Shown here piece after piece: positions 28,421 to 38,044 of a stretch of 64,000 bases of DNA. The stretch is from Acidimicrobiia bacterium (lineage in GTDB: Bacteria; Actinomycetota; Acidimicrobiia; Spongiisociales; UBA11373), in contig JBKKBI010000084.1 of assembly GCA_046714175.1 (NCBI GenBank), positions 26,284-90,283 of the forward strand, given 5' to 3'. The notes under the pieces are model-generated. The model searched no databases and was not told where the DNA came from. It saw only the letters and a program-made list of their open reading frames with translations. How positions within the stretch are numbered: position 1 is the stretch's first letter; every line of letters begins with the position of its first letter. Both the position numbers and the translations under genes were made by a program.

Positions 28421-29722
28421 ATGGGACTGGAACACGACGCCGCGGTGGTAGGGGATCGGACCACTAGCCTGACCCGTCTCCCCCACATGACCGCATCCGA
28501 TCACGCTCGCAAACTCTCGCGCCACATGGCCGACTCCGGAACCTCGACCATGGTCGCGGGGACTTTGGTTTCAGCCGCCGCGGCCTACGCATTCCAGCTT
28601 GTGGTCGGCCGCGCGCTCGGACCGGAGCAATTCGCGCCGATCACGGTCCTGTGGACGATTCAATTTCTCGTGTTCACCACCGCTTTTCTCCCCATGGAGC
28701 AACTCACCATCCGCCGTCTCGCCGCGGCCACCCCCGAGGCCGCCCCCCGTCGGCTCTTCTTGCTCGCCGCGATCGCGGCGACGGCGGTCGCCACGGCGTT
28801 TGGAGCTCTGACCCTCGATCGCCTACTCGACGGGCGGCCTACGTATCTCTTCGTCATCGCCATCCTGGTGGGCTCGTACGGGGGATACGCCCTTGCCCGC
28901 GGAGCTCTCGCCGGTAAGCGCCGGTTCGATGACTACGGCTGGGCGACGATGGCCGAGTCGGTGGTGCGTCTCGTCGTGGCCGCGGGTTTGATCGCGCTCG
29001 GGGCCGGTGTAACCGGAGTGGCATGGTCGCTCGTTCCCGGGGCGCTGGTCATCTACTTCTGGCGCCCATTCCGGAGTGACGCGTCGGAAAGACCACCCGT
29101 GGCTGCAGTCGGAGCCGGGGCTGCCCTGGCCACCTTCGTCGTCGCCAATGCGGCCTCGCAGACAATCGTCGCCGCCGGGCCGCTCGTCGTCGGCGCCCTC
29201 GGTGCCGGAGCCCGGGAGGTCAGCATTTTCTTCGAGACTTTCCTCCTCTTCCGGGCCCCGCTCACCGTTGCCTACAGCCTGGTCGCCCGGGTGCTCCCAC
29301 CCTTCACCCGAATGGTGGAAGCGGGCCGACGGGCAGACCTCGGCCGCTGGGCGACCCGGCTCGGGGTGATGGCGGCGCTGGTCGCTGGGGCCGGCTTTGC
29401 GGTGGGCGACGTCATCGGGCCGGATCTGGTCGCGACTTTCCTTGGGGCTGAGTACCGACCCGACGCCCTCCTCGCGGGATACGCCATCGCCGGCGTCGTC
29501 GTGGCAACAACGGCGCTCTTCGTGCAGCAGATGCTGATCGCATTGCGGGCCACAAGTGCCCTCGCCACAGCTTGGTTTGGCGGCCTGCTTGCCTCCGCGG
29601 CGACGATCACCGTGACCCCCGGTTCGGCGTCAAGTCGAGTTGGCCTCGGGTTTCTCGTGGGAGAAGCGGTGGCGCTGACCTTGATCGTGGCGGCCGTCAG
29701 TCGCGCGGCGCGCCGCGCCTAG
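28421..29722 (+). CDS. Polysaccharide biosynthesis protein, MOP/Wzx-like oligosaccharide flippase family
   Basis: A 433-aa protein with ~12-14 TM helices and a location beside the sugar transferase. The start is uncertain; internal ATGs at MTASDH and MADSG are alternatives. Confidence 0.6.
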   Translation: MGLEHDAAVVGDRTTSLTRLPHMTASDHARKLSRHMADSGTSTMVAGTLVSAAAAYAFQLVVGRALGPEQFAPITVLWTIQFLVFTTAFLPMEQLTIRRLAAATPEAAPRRLFLLAAIAATAVATAFGALTLDRLLDGRPTYLFVIAILVGSYGGYALARGALAGKRRFDDYGWATMAESVVRLVVAAGLIALGAGVTGVAWSLVPGALVIYFWRPFRSDASERPPVAAVGAGAALATFVVANAASQTIVAAGPLVVGALGAGAREVSIFFETFLLFRAPLTVAYSLVARVLPPFTRMVEAGRRADLGRWATRLGVMAALVAGAGFAVGDVIGPDLVATFLGAEYRPDALLAGYAIAGVVVATTALFVQQMLIALRATSALATAWFGGLLASAATITVTPGSASSRVGLGFLVGEAVALTLIVAAVSRAARRA

Positions 29723-30990
29723 CGCGCCCCGAAACCCGACAGCACCGTCCACACCGAGCGCCCCAGGATCTCGAGGTCGAGCCATGGGGACATGTGTTTG
29801 ATGTAGTAAAGATCGAAGGACAGCTTCTCGATGGTCTCCGCCTCGTTGTCGGCGTATCCAAAGTTCACCTGAGCCCACCCGGTCAAGCCGGGCCGCACTA
29901 GATGGCGGTGGGCGTAGAACGGAATCGTCGCGGCGAACCTCTCCGAGAACGGACCTTGCTCGGGGCGGGGGCCAACCAGGCTCAGGTCCCCGCGCAGCAC
30001 ATTCCACAATTGGGGGAGCTCGTCGATACGCACCCGACGCAGTAGCCGCCCCACGCGGGTGAATCTCTCATCATCGAGCTTGGCAAAGCGTGCGACATCC
30101 GCATCGGTCTCGAGTCGCATCGTGCGGAACTTGAAAAGCGTGAACTCGCGGCCTTCGCGGCCCACCCTCTGCTGGGAGAAGACGACCGCCCCCCGCGAGT
30201 CGATCGCTATCGCGGTGGCGATCAGCAGGCCGATCACGAGAGCGAGCGGGGAGAACAGCAGCACCAGCGTTGTGTCAATGGCGCGCTTGGTGCGCACGTA
30301 CGCCCCCTTTCCTGCCAAAGGCACCGTCAACTCCCACCCCTCCATCAAGTGGACGATCGGCAGGCGGCCGGTGTGCTCCTCGTATACCGCCACCAGCGAT
30401 CGCATCGGATAACCCGCCAGACTGCACGATGAAACGAACCGTGCCATGTCGTCACTGAGGACTGCGCGCAGATCGACCGCGAGCACCGTCCCTGGCTGCA
30501 ATGGCTGGTCGGGACCGTGGCCATCGGGATTGAGCACCGCCACGACCTCCGCGGTGGGCGTCACCAGCAGGTCCTCCACGAGCGTCTTCTCGTTGGTCAC
30601 GATCACCATCGGCTCCACCCAGGTGCGACGCCGGCTCACAAACCGAGTCGTCAGATTCAGGCCGAGCCAGGTCAGCGTGGTACCGAGCACGAAAGCCCGC
30701 GACCAGTAGACGCGGGCGAACACCAAGGCGATGGCGGCGACGCCGAGCATGATCCCGGACATCGAAAGGGCCCACCCATAGGAAGGCCGCCACAGCCCAC
30801 CGCTACCGGAGCGATACGCGATGAACATACCTACCCCGGCGCCCAGTCCAATCGCCCCGAGCATTCCCCAGGACTCCGGCCGGGCCACCCAAGGAACTGG
30901 GTGTTCGAGCACGACCTCCGATGCGATCGCAACCGCTGCGGCGAGCGCGGCGACGTCAAGGACAATGGCGGCGAGAAGGCGGCGCCTCAT
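29719..30990 (-). CDS. Polyprenyl glycosylphosphotransferase (bacterial sugar transferase, WbaP/EpsB-like initiating enzyme)
   Basis: N-terminal TM segments and the C-terminal Bac_transf domain (LDELPQLWNVLRGDLSLVGPRP). Confidence 0.85.
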   Translation of the reverse strand: MRRRLLAAIVLDVAALAAAVAIASEVVLEHPVPWVARPESWGMLGAIGLGAGVGMFIAYRSGSGGLWRPSYGWALSMSGIMLGVAAIALVFARVYWSRAFVLGTTLTWLGLNLTTRFVSRRRTWVEPMVIVTNEKTLVEDLLVTPTAEVVAVLNPDGHGPDQPLQPGTVLAVDLRAVLSDDMARFVSSCSLAGYPMRSLVAVYEEHTGRLPIVHLMEGWELTVPLAGKGAYVRTKRAIDTTLVLLFSPLALVIGLLIATAIAIDSRGAVVFSQQRVGREGREFTLFKFRTMRLETDADVARFAKLDDERFTRVGRLLRRVRIDELPQLWNVLRGDLSLVGPRPEQGPFSERFAATIPFYAHRHLVRPGLTGWAQVNFGYADNEAETIEKLSFDLYYIKHMSPWLDLEILGRSVWTVLSGFGAR

Positions 30991-31027
30991 GGAGCACCGA
31001 GGCTACCGCGCGGTGAGCCCGAACCGC

Positions 31028-32458
31028 TCATGCCATGCGGCGGGCCAGTTCCACCAGGGTCCGCACCCCGAATCCGGTACCCCCCTTGGTCACGTAGTGC
31101 TCCGCCTCCGCCGCCCGAGCGGGTCCGGCGATATCGAGGTGGGCCCACGGCACCGCACCGACGAACTCCTTGAGCAGCAGCGCCGCGGTGATGGCTCCTC
31201 CGTACTTGTTTCCGGTGTTCTTCATATCGGCAACATCCGAGTCGATGATCTTGCGGTAGTCATCGGGGAGGGGCATCCGCCAAACCCGCTCCCCCGCGGC
31301 TGACGCCGCCGCAGCCACGGCTGCGGTGGCGTCATCGGTCCCGAAAAGTCCGGCGATCTTCTCACCGAGGGCGATCGAGATCGCCCCGGTCAGAGTCGCG
31401 ACGTCAACGATCAGGTCCGGGTTCATTTCGGCCGCCAGCGAGAGCCCATCGGCGAGCACCAGGCGTCCCTCGGCATCGGTGTTGAGGACCTCGATTGTTT
31501 TGCCGTTGCGGGCCTGCAGGACGTCTCCGGGACGGAGCGCCGCACCCCCCGGCATGTTCTCCGTGAGAGGAGCGATGCCCACCACCCGCACCGGTAACCG
31601 CATAGCGGCGATCGTGCGCATGGCGGCGAACACCGCTGCCGCACCCGACATGTCGGTTTTCATCGTTTCCATGCTGTCTGCCGGCTTGAGGGAGAGTCCC
31701 CCGGAATCGAACACGATTCCCTTGCCGACGATGGCGAGGAAGGACTTGGCTCCGGGAGGCTCGTACCGCAACTCCACAAGGCGGGGTGGATTGGTCGCTC
31801 CCAGCGAGACTCCCCGCAAGCCACCCAGGCGTTCGGCGACGATCTCCTTCTCGTCCAGGATGCGGATCGCCATGTCGAATTCGGCGGCGATCGCCGCCGC
31901 CGACTCGGCGAGAACCACCGGGGACTTTCCCATCGCAGGCTCATTGACGAGGTCGCGAGCCAGGTTGACCCCGAATCCAATGAGGGCCCCGGTGGCAGCC
32001 TCTGCGGCGTCTCCAGCCGTGGCGTTCAAAAGAAACACCTCGGCCAGCGCCGAAGGCTTCTTCTCAGATTTGTGCCGCGTGAACGTGTAGGAACCGAGGA
32101 CGAACCCGCTGCCCACGGCTTCGGCGGCACCGGGGGCGGCGTGATGCAGCGTGGTGGCGACAGTGGCGCAGCGCGCCAGACTCCGGGCAGCACTTCCTGC
32201 CGCGCGACGCACCTGCTCGGCGTCCGGGCTGGCCCCGAGACCGACCAGCGCTACGTTGCGATAGGGAACCGCACCACCGCCGGGAACGACCGAGATCTGG
32301 CCGGACTTCCCGGTGAACTCGGCATCATCAAGGTGCGATCTCAGCCACGGCAGTTGTTCAGCCAGGAGCGTGCCGGTCGCGTCGAAGCGCCTCCCTTCCC
32401 CAACCCCGACGACGATGGCCCCGGCCTCGGCGGGAGACCCGGCGCGAAACTCGATCAT
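31028..32458 (-). CDS. pepA: Leucyl aminopeptidase (M17 family, PepA)
   Basis: The NTDAEGRL signature and the VVGKGIVFDSGGLSLKP motif. The start is taken at MIEF (ATG 32458), overlapping the upstream stop (ATGA). Confidence 0.85.
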   Translation of the reverse strand: MIEFRAGSPAEAGAIVVGVGEGRRFDATGTLLAEQLPWLRSHLDDAEFTGKSGQISVVPGGGAVPYRNVALVGLGASPDAEQVRRAAGSAARSLARCATVATTLHHAAPGAAEAVGSGFVLGSYTFTRHKSEKKPSALAEVFLLNATAGDAAEAATGALIGFGVNLARDLVNEPAMGKSPVVLAESAAAIAAEFDMAIRILDEKEIVAERLGGLRGVSLGATNPPRLVELRYEPPGAKSFLAIVGKGIVFDSGGLSLKPADSMETMKTDMSGAAAVFAAMRTIAAMRLPVRVVGIAPLTENMPGGAALRPGDVLQARNGKTIEVLNTDAEGRLVLADGLSLAAEMNPDLIVDVATLTGAISIALGEKIAGLFGTDDATAAVAAAASAAGERVWRMPLPDDYRKIIDSDVADMKNTGNKYGGAITAALLLKEFVGAVPWAHLDIAGPARAAEAEHYVTKGGTGFGVRTLVELARRMA

Positions 32459-33006
32459 CGTGTCTCCTCGGTTCTGCTCGGCACCCATGCCGTCTCGGCG
32501 GATCGCGCCAACATGTACAGGTAGTCCGCCAGCCGGTTGAGATACGAGACGATCAATGAGTCCTCCAGCCCGGCGGCGCGCACGTGGGTGACCGCGCGGC
32601 GCTCGGCGCGGCGCACCACGGTCCGGGCGACATCGAGAGCCGCCGCCAGCGGGTTGCCCCCGGGAACGATGAACTCGGTGGGCATGCCCCGGGCGGCTTC
32701 GATCGCATCGATCGCGGCTTCGAGCCGAACCACCATCTCGGAGGTGACCAGGCTCGTGCCGGCGGTGAGCAGACCGCGCCGCTCCGGCGCAGTCGCAAGC
32801 TCAGCACCGACCACGAAGAGCTCACGTTGTACGGCCAGAATCGCATCGTGGATCTCATCAGAAGCGAGAGCCCGCGCCATCCCCAGAACAGCACATGCCT
32901 CGTCCACGGTCCCGTTCGCCTCCGGTCCGAGGCTGTCCTTCGCCACCCGACCCCCGTGGAACAGGCCCGTCGAACCATCGTCACCGCGGCGCGTATAGAT
33001 CTTCAC
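32455..33006 (-). CDS. pduO: ATP:cob(I)alamin adenosyltransferase, PduO-type (MMAB-like)
   Basis: A GTG start at 33006 gives VKIYTRRGDDGSTGL..., the canonical PduO N-terminus. The 183-aa product is a helical bundle domain. Confidence 0.8.
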   Translation of the reverse strand: MKIYTRRGDDGSTGLFHGGRVAKDSLGPEANGTVDEACAVLGMARALASDEIHDAILAVQRELFVVGAELATAPERRGLLTAGTSLVTSEMVVRLEAAIDAIEAARGMPTEFIVPGGNPLAAALDVARTVVRRAERRAVTHVRAAGLEDSLIVSYLNRLADYLYMLARSAETAWVPSRTEETR

Positions 33007-33028
33007 GAGACCGGAGTGTACGGCGGCG

Positions 33029-33694
33029 TCATCCCAGCGACTCCCCGGACACCAGCACCCGGCCGGCCAACACCACCCCAATGGTCGTGAGCACGGCCAG
33101 GTAGGCCAGTCCAGTGGCGGCCATCACCGCCGGGTAGCCCCGCTCTTTGAGTGCGGCTCGCACCCCGAACATCAGCACAACCGACGTGATGACCAGGACC
33201 ACCCAGCCGATGGGGAGAAGGCCACTGGATGGAAGTGCACCGTAAATCAGTGCGGCAGCCGGGTCGATGATGGTCCCCCCGACGCCCAAGGCCCCCAGGT
33301 TGAGCAGGGCGCGGCGGGGGAGCCGGGGGTCCACCAGATACCAGTGACCGAGGAGCATTTGTGTGGTCACGCCGCCGAGCGCGAGCGCTCCGGTGATGGC
33401 CAGCATCGGGTAACCCGCGCCCACCGCGGCTCCGACAAACGCCAGTGCCGCGCTGGCGCCGAGTGCGGCATCTAGTGGCCGACGCCCCGCGGTGAGCACG
33501 ACCAGTCCCGTCAGAATGCACCCAGCAGTCGCCGGAAGGTTCCCGCCCGAGAGCGCGGCGGGAACTCCGAGGACAAGAACGACACCGCCGCCGAGGCGGG
33601 CAAAGCCCAACCCGACAATCCCCCAGCGCGCCACCAGCGCGGTGCCAGCGGCGACACCAGCCGCCCACGATGACAAGACGGCGAAAGGTTCCAC
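33029..33694 (-). CDS. Hypothetical integral membrane protein (221 aa)
   Basis: Six to seven hydrophobic segments and coding bias. The overlapping Arg-rich alternative frame is rejected. Confidence 0.45.
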   Translation of the reverse strand: MEPFAVLSSWAAGVAAGTALVARWGIVGLGFARLGGGVVLVLGVPAALSGGNLPATAGCILTGLVVLTAGRRPLDAALGASAALAFVGAAVGAGYPMLAITGALALGGVTTQMLLGHWYLVDPRLPRRALLNLGALGVGGTIIDPAAALIYGALPSSGLLPIGWVVLVITSVVLMFGVRAALKERGYPAVMAATGLAYLAVLTTIGVVLAGRVLVSGESLG

Positions 33695-33716
33695 GGGTCG
33701 AGTGTATGAGCAAGGC

Positions 33717-35657
33717 TCAGCGGTCCTGGAGCCAGCCCCGGATGCGTGCCGCCACCGCGACGGGCGTGAAACCGAGTTCCTCGGCTATGCGCTTGTAGGG
33801 TGCCGAGGCCCCGAATCGATCGATGCCAATCATGAGTCCGTCGTCCCCGACGACTCGCTCCCAACCGAACGTGCTCCCGGCTTCCAGCGAAGCGACGGGC
33901 AGCCCTGGGCCCAGCACTTGGCGGCGGTACACCTCGTCCTGAGCGAAGAACACCTCCCAGCAAGGTAGCGAGACGACCCGCACCGAGATCGCGACTGCAT
34001 CAAGCAGTACCGCCGCCTCCAGGGCAACCCAGACTTCAGAACCTGTTGCAACCAGAACCGCATCTCGCCCTTGGCGCAGAACGTAACCGCCACGATCCAC
34101 CGAACCTTCAGCCCCGGAGCGATCCAACACCGGCACCGCCTGGCGGGTGAGCACCAGGCAGGTGGGACCATCGCCGCGCGCCAACGCCATTGCCCAAGCC
34201 TCTGCGGTTTCACCGGCGTCGGCGGGTCGGATCACCCACAAGCCCGGCATTGCTCGCAACGACGCCAGGTGCTCGACCGGCTGGTGAGTGGGGCCATCCT
34301 CGCCGAGGAACACCGAGTCGTGGGTCAATACGAATATCGAGGGGGCGCCAGTAAGGGCGGCGATGCGCAGCGCCGGGCGGAGATAGTCAGTGAACACGAA
34401 GAACGTGGCGCCGAACGGTCGTAGTCCACCATGGAGAGCGATGCCGTTGACGGCGGCACCCATGGCGTGCTCCCGCACCCCGAAGCGGATGTTGCGCCCG
34501 GCGGGATCATCCTGAAAGTCGGGAGTTCCCGCGATCAATGTGTTTGTCGATGGTTCCAGATCCGCCGATCCCCCGATCAGCGACGGGTAGTCCGCCGCCA
34601 GCAGGTTGATGACCTGTCCTGAGGCCTTGCGGGTCTCCACGGATGATCCGACGGACAAGTCGAGGCCAACAATCGTTGGCGGAGCAGGATGGAAGTAGGC
34701 ATTCCATTTGGCCGCGGTGGTGGCGTCGATCGAGGCGAACTGCTGCTCCCACAACGCTCGGGCCTGGCGACCACGGTCCATGGCAGCACTGAAGAACTGA
34801 TAGGCGGCCTCGGGAACGACAAAAGGTGGCAGGGTCCATCCGATGCGCTCCTTGAAACCGGCGATCTCGGCCGCTCCCAACGGACTGCCGTGGCTGCGCG
34901 CGGTGCCCTCGAGCGTCGGCGCTCCATAAGCGATCTTGGTATGACACACGAGCAGAGACGGACGGGGATCTCCGGTCGCTTCCACTACGGCCGCTTCGAC
35001 CGCCTCGCGATCGTGACCGTCGACATCGATGGTATGCCAACCGAGAGCCGCAAACCGACCGGCCACATCCTCGGTAAAGGTGACCTCGGTGCTTCCACCT
35101 ATCGAGATCTCGTTGTCGTCGTAGACGCAGATGAGTCGGCCGAGTCCGAGGCGTCCCGCCAGCGATGCCGACTCGTTGGAGATCCCTTCCATGAGATCAC
35201 CATCCCCGGCGAACACAAACGTTCGGTGGTCGACGAGGCCCGGCCCGAACACGGCGCGCAGGTGAGCCTCGGCGATCGCCATGCCGACCGCGGTACCAAA
35301 CCCCTGTCCCAGAGGTCCGGTGGTCGTCTCGATGCCGAGATGGGGATCTCGCTCCGGGTGACCGGGAGTGATCGAACCCCACTGGCGAAAACTCTTGATG
35401 TCGTCCAGGGTCACGGCGAATCCGCTGAGGTGAAGCAGCGCGTACAGAAGCATCGACCCGTGCCCGTTGCTGAGAACGAACCGGTCCCGGTTGGGCCAGT
35501 CCGGGTGCGCAGGGTCGACGAGGAGGTGGCGTCCCCATAAGACAGCCGCGATATCCGCCATTCCCATCGGCATTCCCGGGTGGCCGCTGTCTGCGCGCTC
35601 CACGGCATCCATCGCGAGGACGCGGATCGTGTCGACGGCGGTCTGTTCGGCATCCAC
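33717..35657 (-). CDS. tkt: Transketolase
   Basis: The TPP motif SGHPGMPMGMADIA and full-length homology, from memory. The start is proposed at GTG 35657 (VDAEQTAVDTIRVLAMDAVE aligns with the TktA N-terminus). The longer ORF to 35747 would overlap the upstream peptidase gene. Confidence 0.85.
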   Translation of the reverse strand: MDAEQTAVDTIRVLAMDAVERADSGHPGMPMGMADIAAVLWGRHLLVDPAHPDWPNRDRFVLSNGHGSMLLYALLHLSGFAVTLDDIKSFRQWGSITPGHPERDPHLGIETTTGPLGQGFGTAVGMAIAEAHLRAVFGPGLVDHRTFVFAGDGDLMEGISNESASLAGRLGLGRLICVYDDNEISIGGSTEVTFTEDVAGRFAALGWHTIDVDGHDREAVEAAVVEATGDPRPSLLVCHTKIAYGAPTLEGTARSHGSPLGAAEIAGFKERIGWTLPPFVVPEAAYQFFSAAMDRGRQARALWEQQFASIDATTAAKWNAYFHPAPPTIVGLDLSVGSSVETRKASGQVINLLAADYPSLIGGSADLEPSTNTLIAGTPDFQDDPAGRNIRFGVREHAMGAAVNGIALHGGLRPFGATFFVFTDYLRPALRIAALTGAPSIFVLTHDSVFLGEDGPTHQPVEHLASLRAMPGLWVIRPADAGETAEAWAMALARGDGPTCLVLTRQAVPVLDRSGAEGSVDRGGYVLRQGRDAVLVATGSEVWVALEAAVLLDAVAISVRVVSLPCWEVFFAQDEVYRRQVLGPGLPVASLEAGSTFGWERVVGDDGLMIGIDRFGASAPYKRIAEELGFTPVAVAARIRGWLQDR

Positions 35658-35679
35658 TGCGCCGAGGCTAACCGCAGGA

Positions 35680-36777
35680 TCAGCTGACAATGTGCAGTCC
35701 GCGCGGGGAGCGGTTGAACTCGTCAACACCCTCAGGACCGCAGGCAACTATGTCCTCGATTCGCATTCCGAACCTCCCGGGGACGTAGATACCCGGTTCG
35801 ATGGAAAAGGTCATACCGGCTTCGAGCGGCTCGCGGTTACCGGCCACGATGTACGGGTGCTCGTGCACCTCAAGGCCGATGCCATGCCCGGTGCGGTGAA
35901 TGAAGAACTGGCCGTAGCCTGCTGCCGTGATGACTTCGCGAGCGGCGCCGTCTACGTGCTCTCCCGTAACTCCGGGGCGGACGACCGCGCGCGCCGCCTG
36001 CTGCGCATCGACAAGCACCGCGTGGGCTGCAGCAACCTCGGCGGGAGGATCGCCCACGACGAACGTCCGGGTCGTATCGGAGCAATAGCCACGCCACCTG
36101 CCCCCAAAGTCGATCACGACCGTATCCCCTCCCTGGATTACCCGGTGCGTGGGTTCGTGGTGCGGCGACGCGGCGTTGGGTCCGGCGGCCACGATTGCAA
36201 AGGAGGCAACATCGTGGCCCTCTGCCAGCGTGAACTTCTGGACGTCAGCCGCGACATCGCGCTCCGTTCGCCCGGCGAATACCAGCCCATCCAGAGAGTC
36301 GACCACTCGATCGGTGGCGGCACCGGCCGCGCGGAGCAGTGCGATCTCGTCGGGATCCTTCCGCATGCGCAGCTCACGAGTGAGCGGAGATGCCGGAGTG
36401 AATCGGGTGCGAGGGAGGGTTCGCTGCAGGCCGATCACAAACGTCGCCCAGGTCTGGTCCCCGATCAGTGCTGTCTCAGCAGCTCCGCACAGGCCGGCGA
36501 CGACCGCCACCGGGTCGTCGGTCTCGTCCCACGCCAAAATGGAGAAGGCTCCGTCTCTGGGAGTCACACGGGCCGCTTCGAGGCGGGGCACGACCAGAGT
36601 CGGCGAGCCGTGCAGACCAACCACGAGCATCGTGAGTCGCTCCAACGGCATCGCCTCGTATCCGGTGAAGTACGGGAGGTCGGCTCCCACTGAGAGCAGC
36701 AGTACGTCCATCGCACTCTCCGCCATGAGTTCGCGGACGCGATCGAGACGGCCCGAATAGTCGGCTTCAGGGAACAT
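35680..36777 (-). CDS. M24 family metallopeptidase (Xaa-Pro dipeptidase/aminopeptidase P-like)
   Basis: The pita-bread fold with metal ligands in HRTGHGIGLEVHE and an N-terminal creatinase-like domain. Confidence 0.8.
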   Translation of the reverse strand: MFPEADYSGRLDRVRELMAESAMDVLLLSVGADLPYFTGYEAMPLERLTMLVVGLHGSPTLVVPRLEAARVTPRDGAFSILAWDETDDPVAVVAGLCGAAETALIGDQTWATFVIGLQRTLPRTRFTPASPLTRELRMRKDPDEIALLRAAGAATDRVVDSLDGLVFAGRTERDVAADVQKFTLAEGHDVASFAIVAAGPNAASPHHEPTHRVIQGGDTVVIDFGGRWRGYCSDTTRTFVVGDPPAEVAAAHAVLVDAQQAARAVVRPGVTGEHVDGAAREVITAAGYGQFFIHRTGHGIGLEVHEHPYIVAGNREPLEAGMTFSIEPGIYVPGRFGMRIEDIVACGPEGVDEFNRSPRGLHIVS

Positions 36778-36813
36778 GCACGGTCAGGGTAGTGAACCCA
36801 CTCCCGGGTCCGT

Positions 36814-37947
36814 CTACTGCCTCCGCCGCTCCATCCCCTCGTGCGCCTGACGGTGGTGTCTTCTGCACAACAGCACCAAGTTTTCGAGCGAGGTGCTCCC
36901 CCCGTCCACCCAGTGCATGACATGGTGCGCATCGCACCAGTGGTGGGGCCGGGTGCACCCGGGATGCGTACAGCCCTTATCGCGTAGTACCAGAGCTCGA
37001 CGTATGGCGGCCGGGACCGTACGCGTGGAACGGCCTACATCGAGTACCTCGGAACCTCCTTGCATCAGAACTCGACTAACGCCGGCATCACACGCGATCC
37101 GTCTCGCGGTCTCCGGGGAGATCACGGTGCCATCCTCGAGTTCACAGGGTTCCCCGGACCGCTTCTGGAGCACGTCGAGCGACACTGTCACCACCATCGA
37201 TGGCCGTACCCCACCGGTCTCACCCGACTCGCCGTGGGTCAGGTGATCGGAGCACAACTCGATCAAGGCATCGGCGCGCTTCTGTCCCGGTGTGCGCGGG
37301 TCGCCGGTATCGAGGTTGCTGGCCTCGATCAGGGAGCGCAGCGCCGTCATGACCACTCGGCCCCCGGTGGGGTCGAGTTCGCCATCGACACGCACCATGC
37401 CGCCTAGGGTCGGTGAGACCTGAAGGTGCCGGCGCCGGAATAGATGTTCGCGATCGGCGCTCGCTGCCTCAGCATCGACCTGCTGCTTCCAGTACTCAAG
37501 GGCCTGGTGAGTGGCAGCCATGGACTGGCTGGCCGCAGTCTCGACCAGGAGGCCCTGATCGCGCCGAAAGTGATCTGGCGAAACCAGGGACGCCGCCAGG
37601 AGCATTGCAGTCCGAGGTCGATCGATGTCGCCGGCCGCGAATGCTTGACGAACCGAGCTGTATTCGGCCAAACCGCGAGCCTCGGCGACGTTGCGGCGGG
37701 CGGCCCGGCCGGAGTCGCCTACCCGGGACTGCAGAAAGGACTCGGGCGTGAAGTGGTCAGGCTCGAATGATCGCCGGCGGTCGATCTCGGCCAGGGTTCT
37801 CGCCGCCTCGGCTTCGAGGCGAGTCAGCTTCCCCCGCAGTGCGACGTAGCGGTCGTTGAGCTCCGAGTCGCCGATCGACTCGAGTTCGATGAGTTCGTCC
37901 TCCCCGAGTAGCGAACCAGCCGCAGGTCCGCCCAAGAGGGTGGGCAT
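36814..37947 (-). CDS. DUF222 domain HNH endonuclease (REP13E12-family-like)
   Basis: N-terminal DUF222-like region (ALIELCSDHL) and C-terminal HNH (CTHPGCTRPHHWCDAHHVMHWVDGGSTSLENLVLLCRRHH). It is a single gene inserted between pepQ-like and lipBA. Confidence 0.75.
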   Translation of the reverse strand: MPTLLGGPAAGSLLGEDELIELESIGDSELNDRYVALRGKLTRLEAEAARTLAEIDRRRSFEPDHFTPESFLQSRVGDSGRAARRNVAEARGLAEYSSVRQAFAAGDIDRPRTAMLLAASLVSPDHFRRDQGLLVETAASQSMAATHQALEYWKQQVDAEAASADREHLFRRRHLQVSPTLGGMVRVDGELDPTGGRVVMTALRSLIEASNLDTGDPRTPGQKRADALIELCSDHLTHGESGETGGVRPSMVVTVSLDVLQKRSGEPCELEDGTVISPETARRIACDAGVSRVLMQGGSEVLDVGRSTRTVPAAIRRALVLRDKGCTHPGCTRPHHWCDAHHVMHWVDGGSTSLENLVLLCRRHHRQAHEGMERRRQ

Positions 37948-37992
37948 GCCTCAAAACGTATCACTGGCTTGCGACAGAATCGCCCTAAAGCG

Positions 37993-38012
37993 CCCGCGAA
38001 CGGGTCGCGGGG
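37993..38012 (-). terminator. Candidate stem-loop (CCCGCG-N7-CGCGGG) downstream of the lipB-lipA gene
   Basis: An inverted repeat with a 6-bp GC stem read directly. It has no U-tract, so only a weak intrinsic-terminator candidate. Confidence 0.25.
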
Positions 38013-38044
38013 TTCATCAGGATGGAGTCGTTACGGAGGTGCCC

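Noticed and set aside
36814-37947. Interpretation of the HNH gene as part of a defence island or prophage
   Set aside because: There are no neighbouring integrase, transposase, restriction-modification or phage structural genes. Both flanks are core metabolic operons.
37948-38044. Possible tRNA or small RNA gene in the lipBA-HNH intergenic region; other short intergenic gaps were also checked
   Set aside because: There is no cloverleaf-compatible acceptor or anticodon stem arrangement or CCA-proximal structure. Only a simple GC hairpin is present, listed as a weak terminator candidate.
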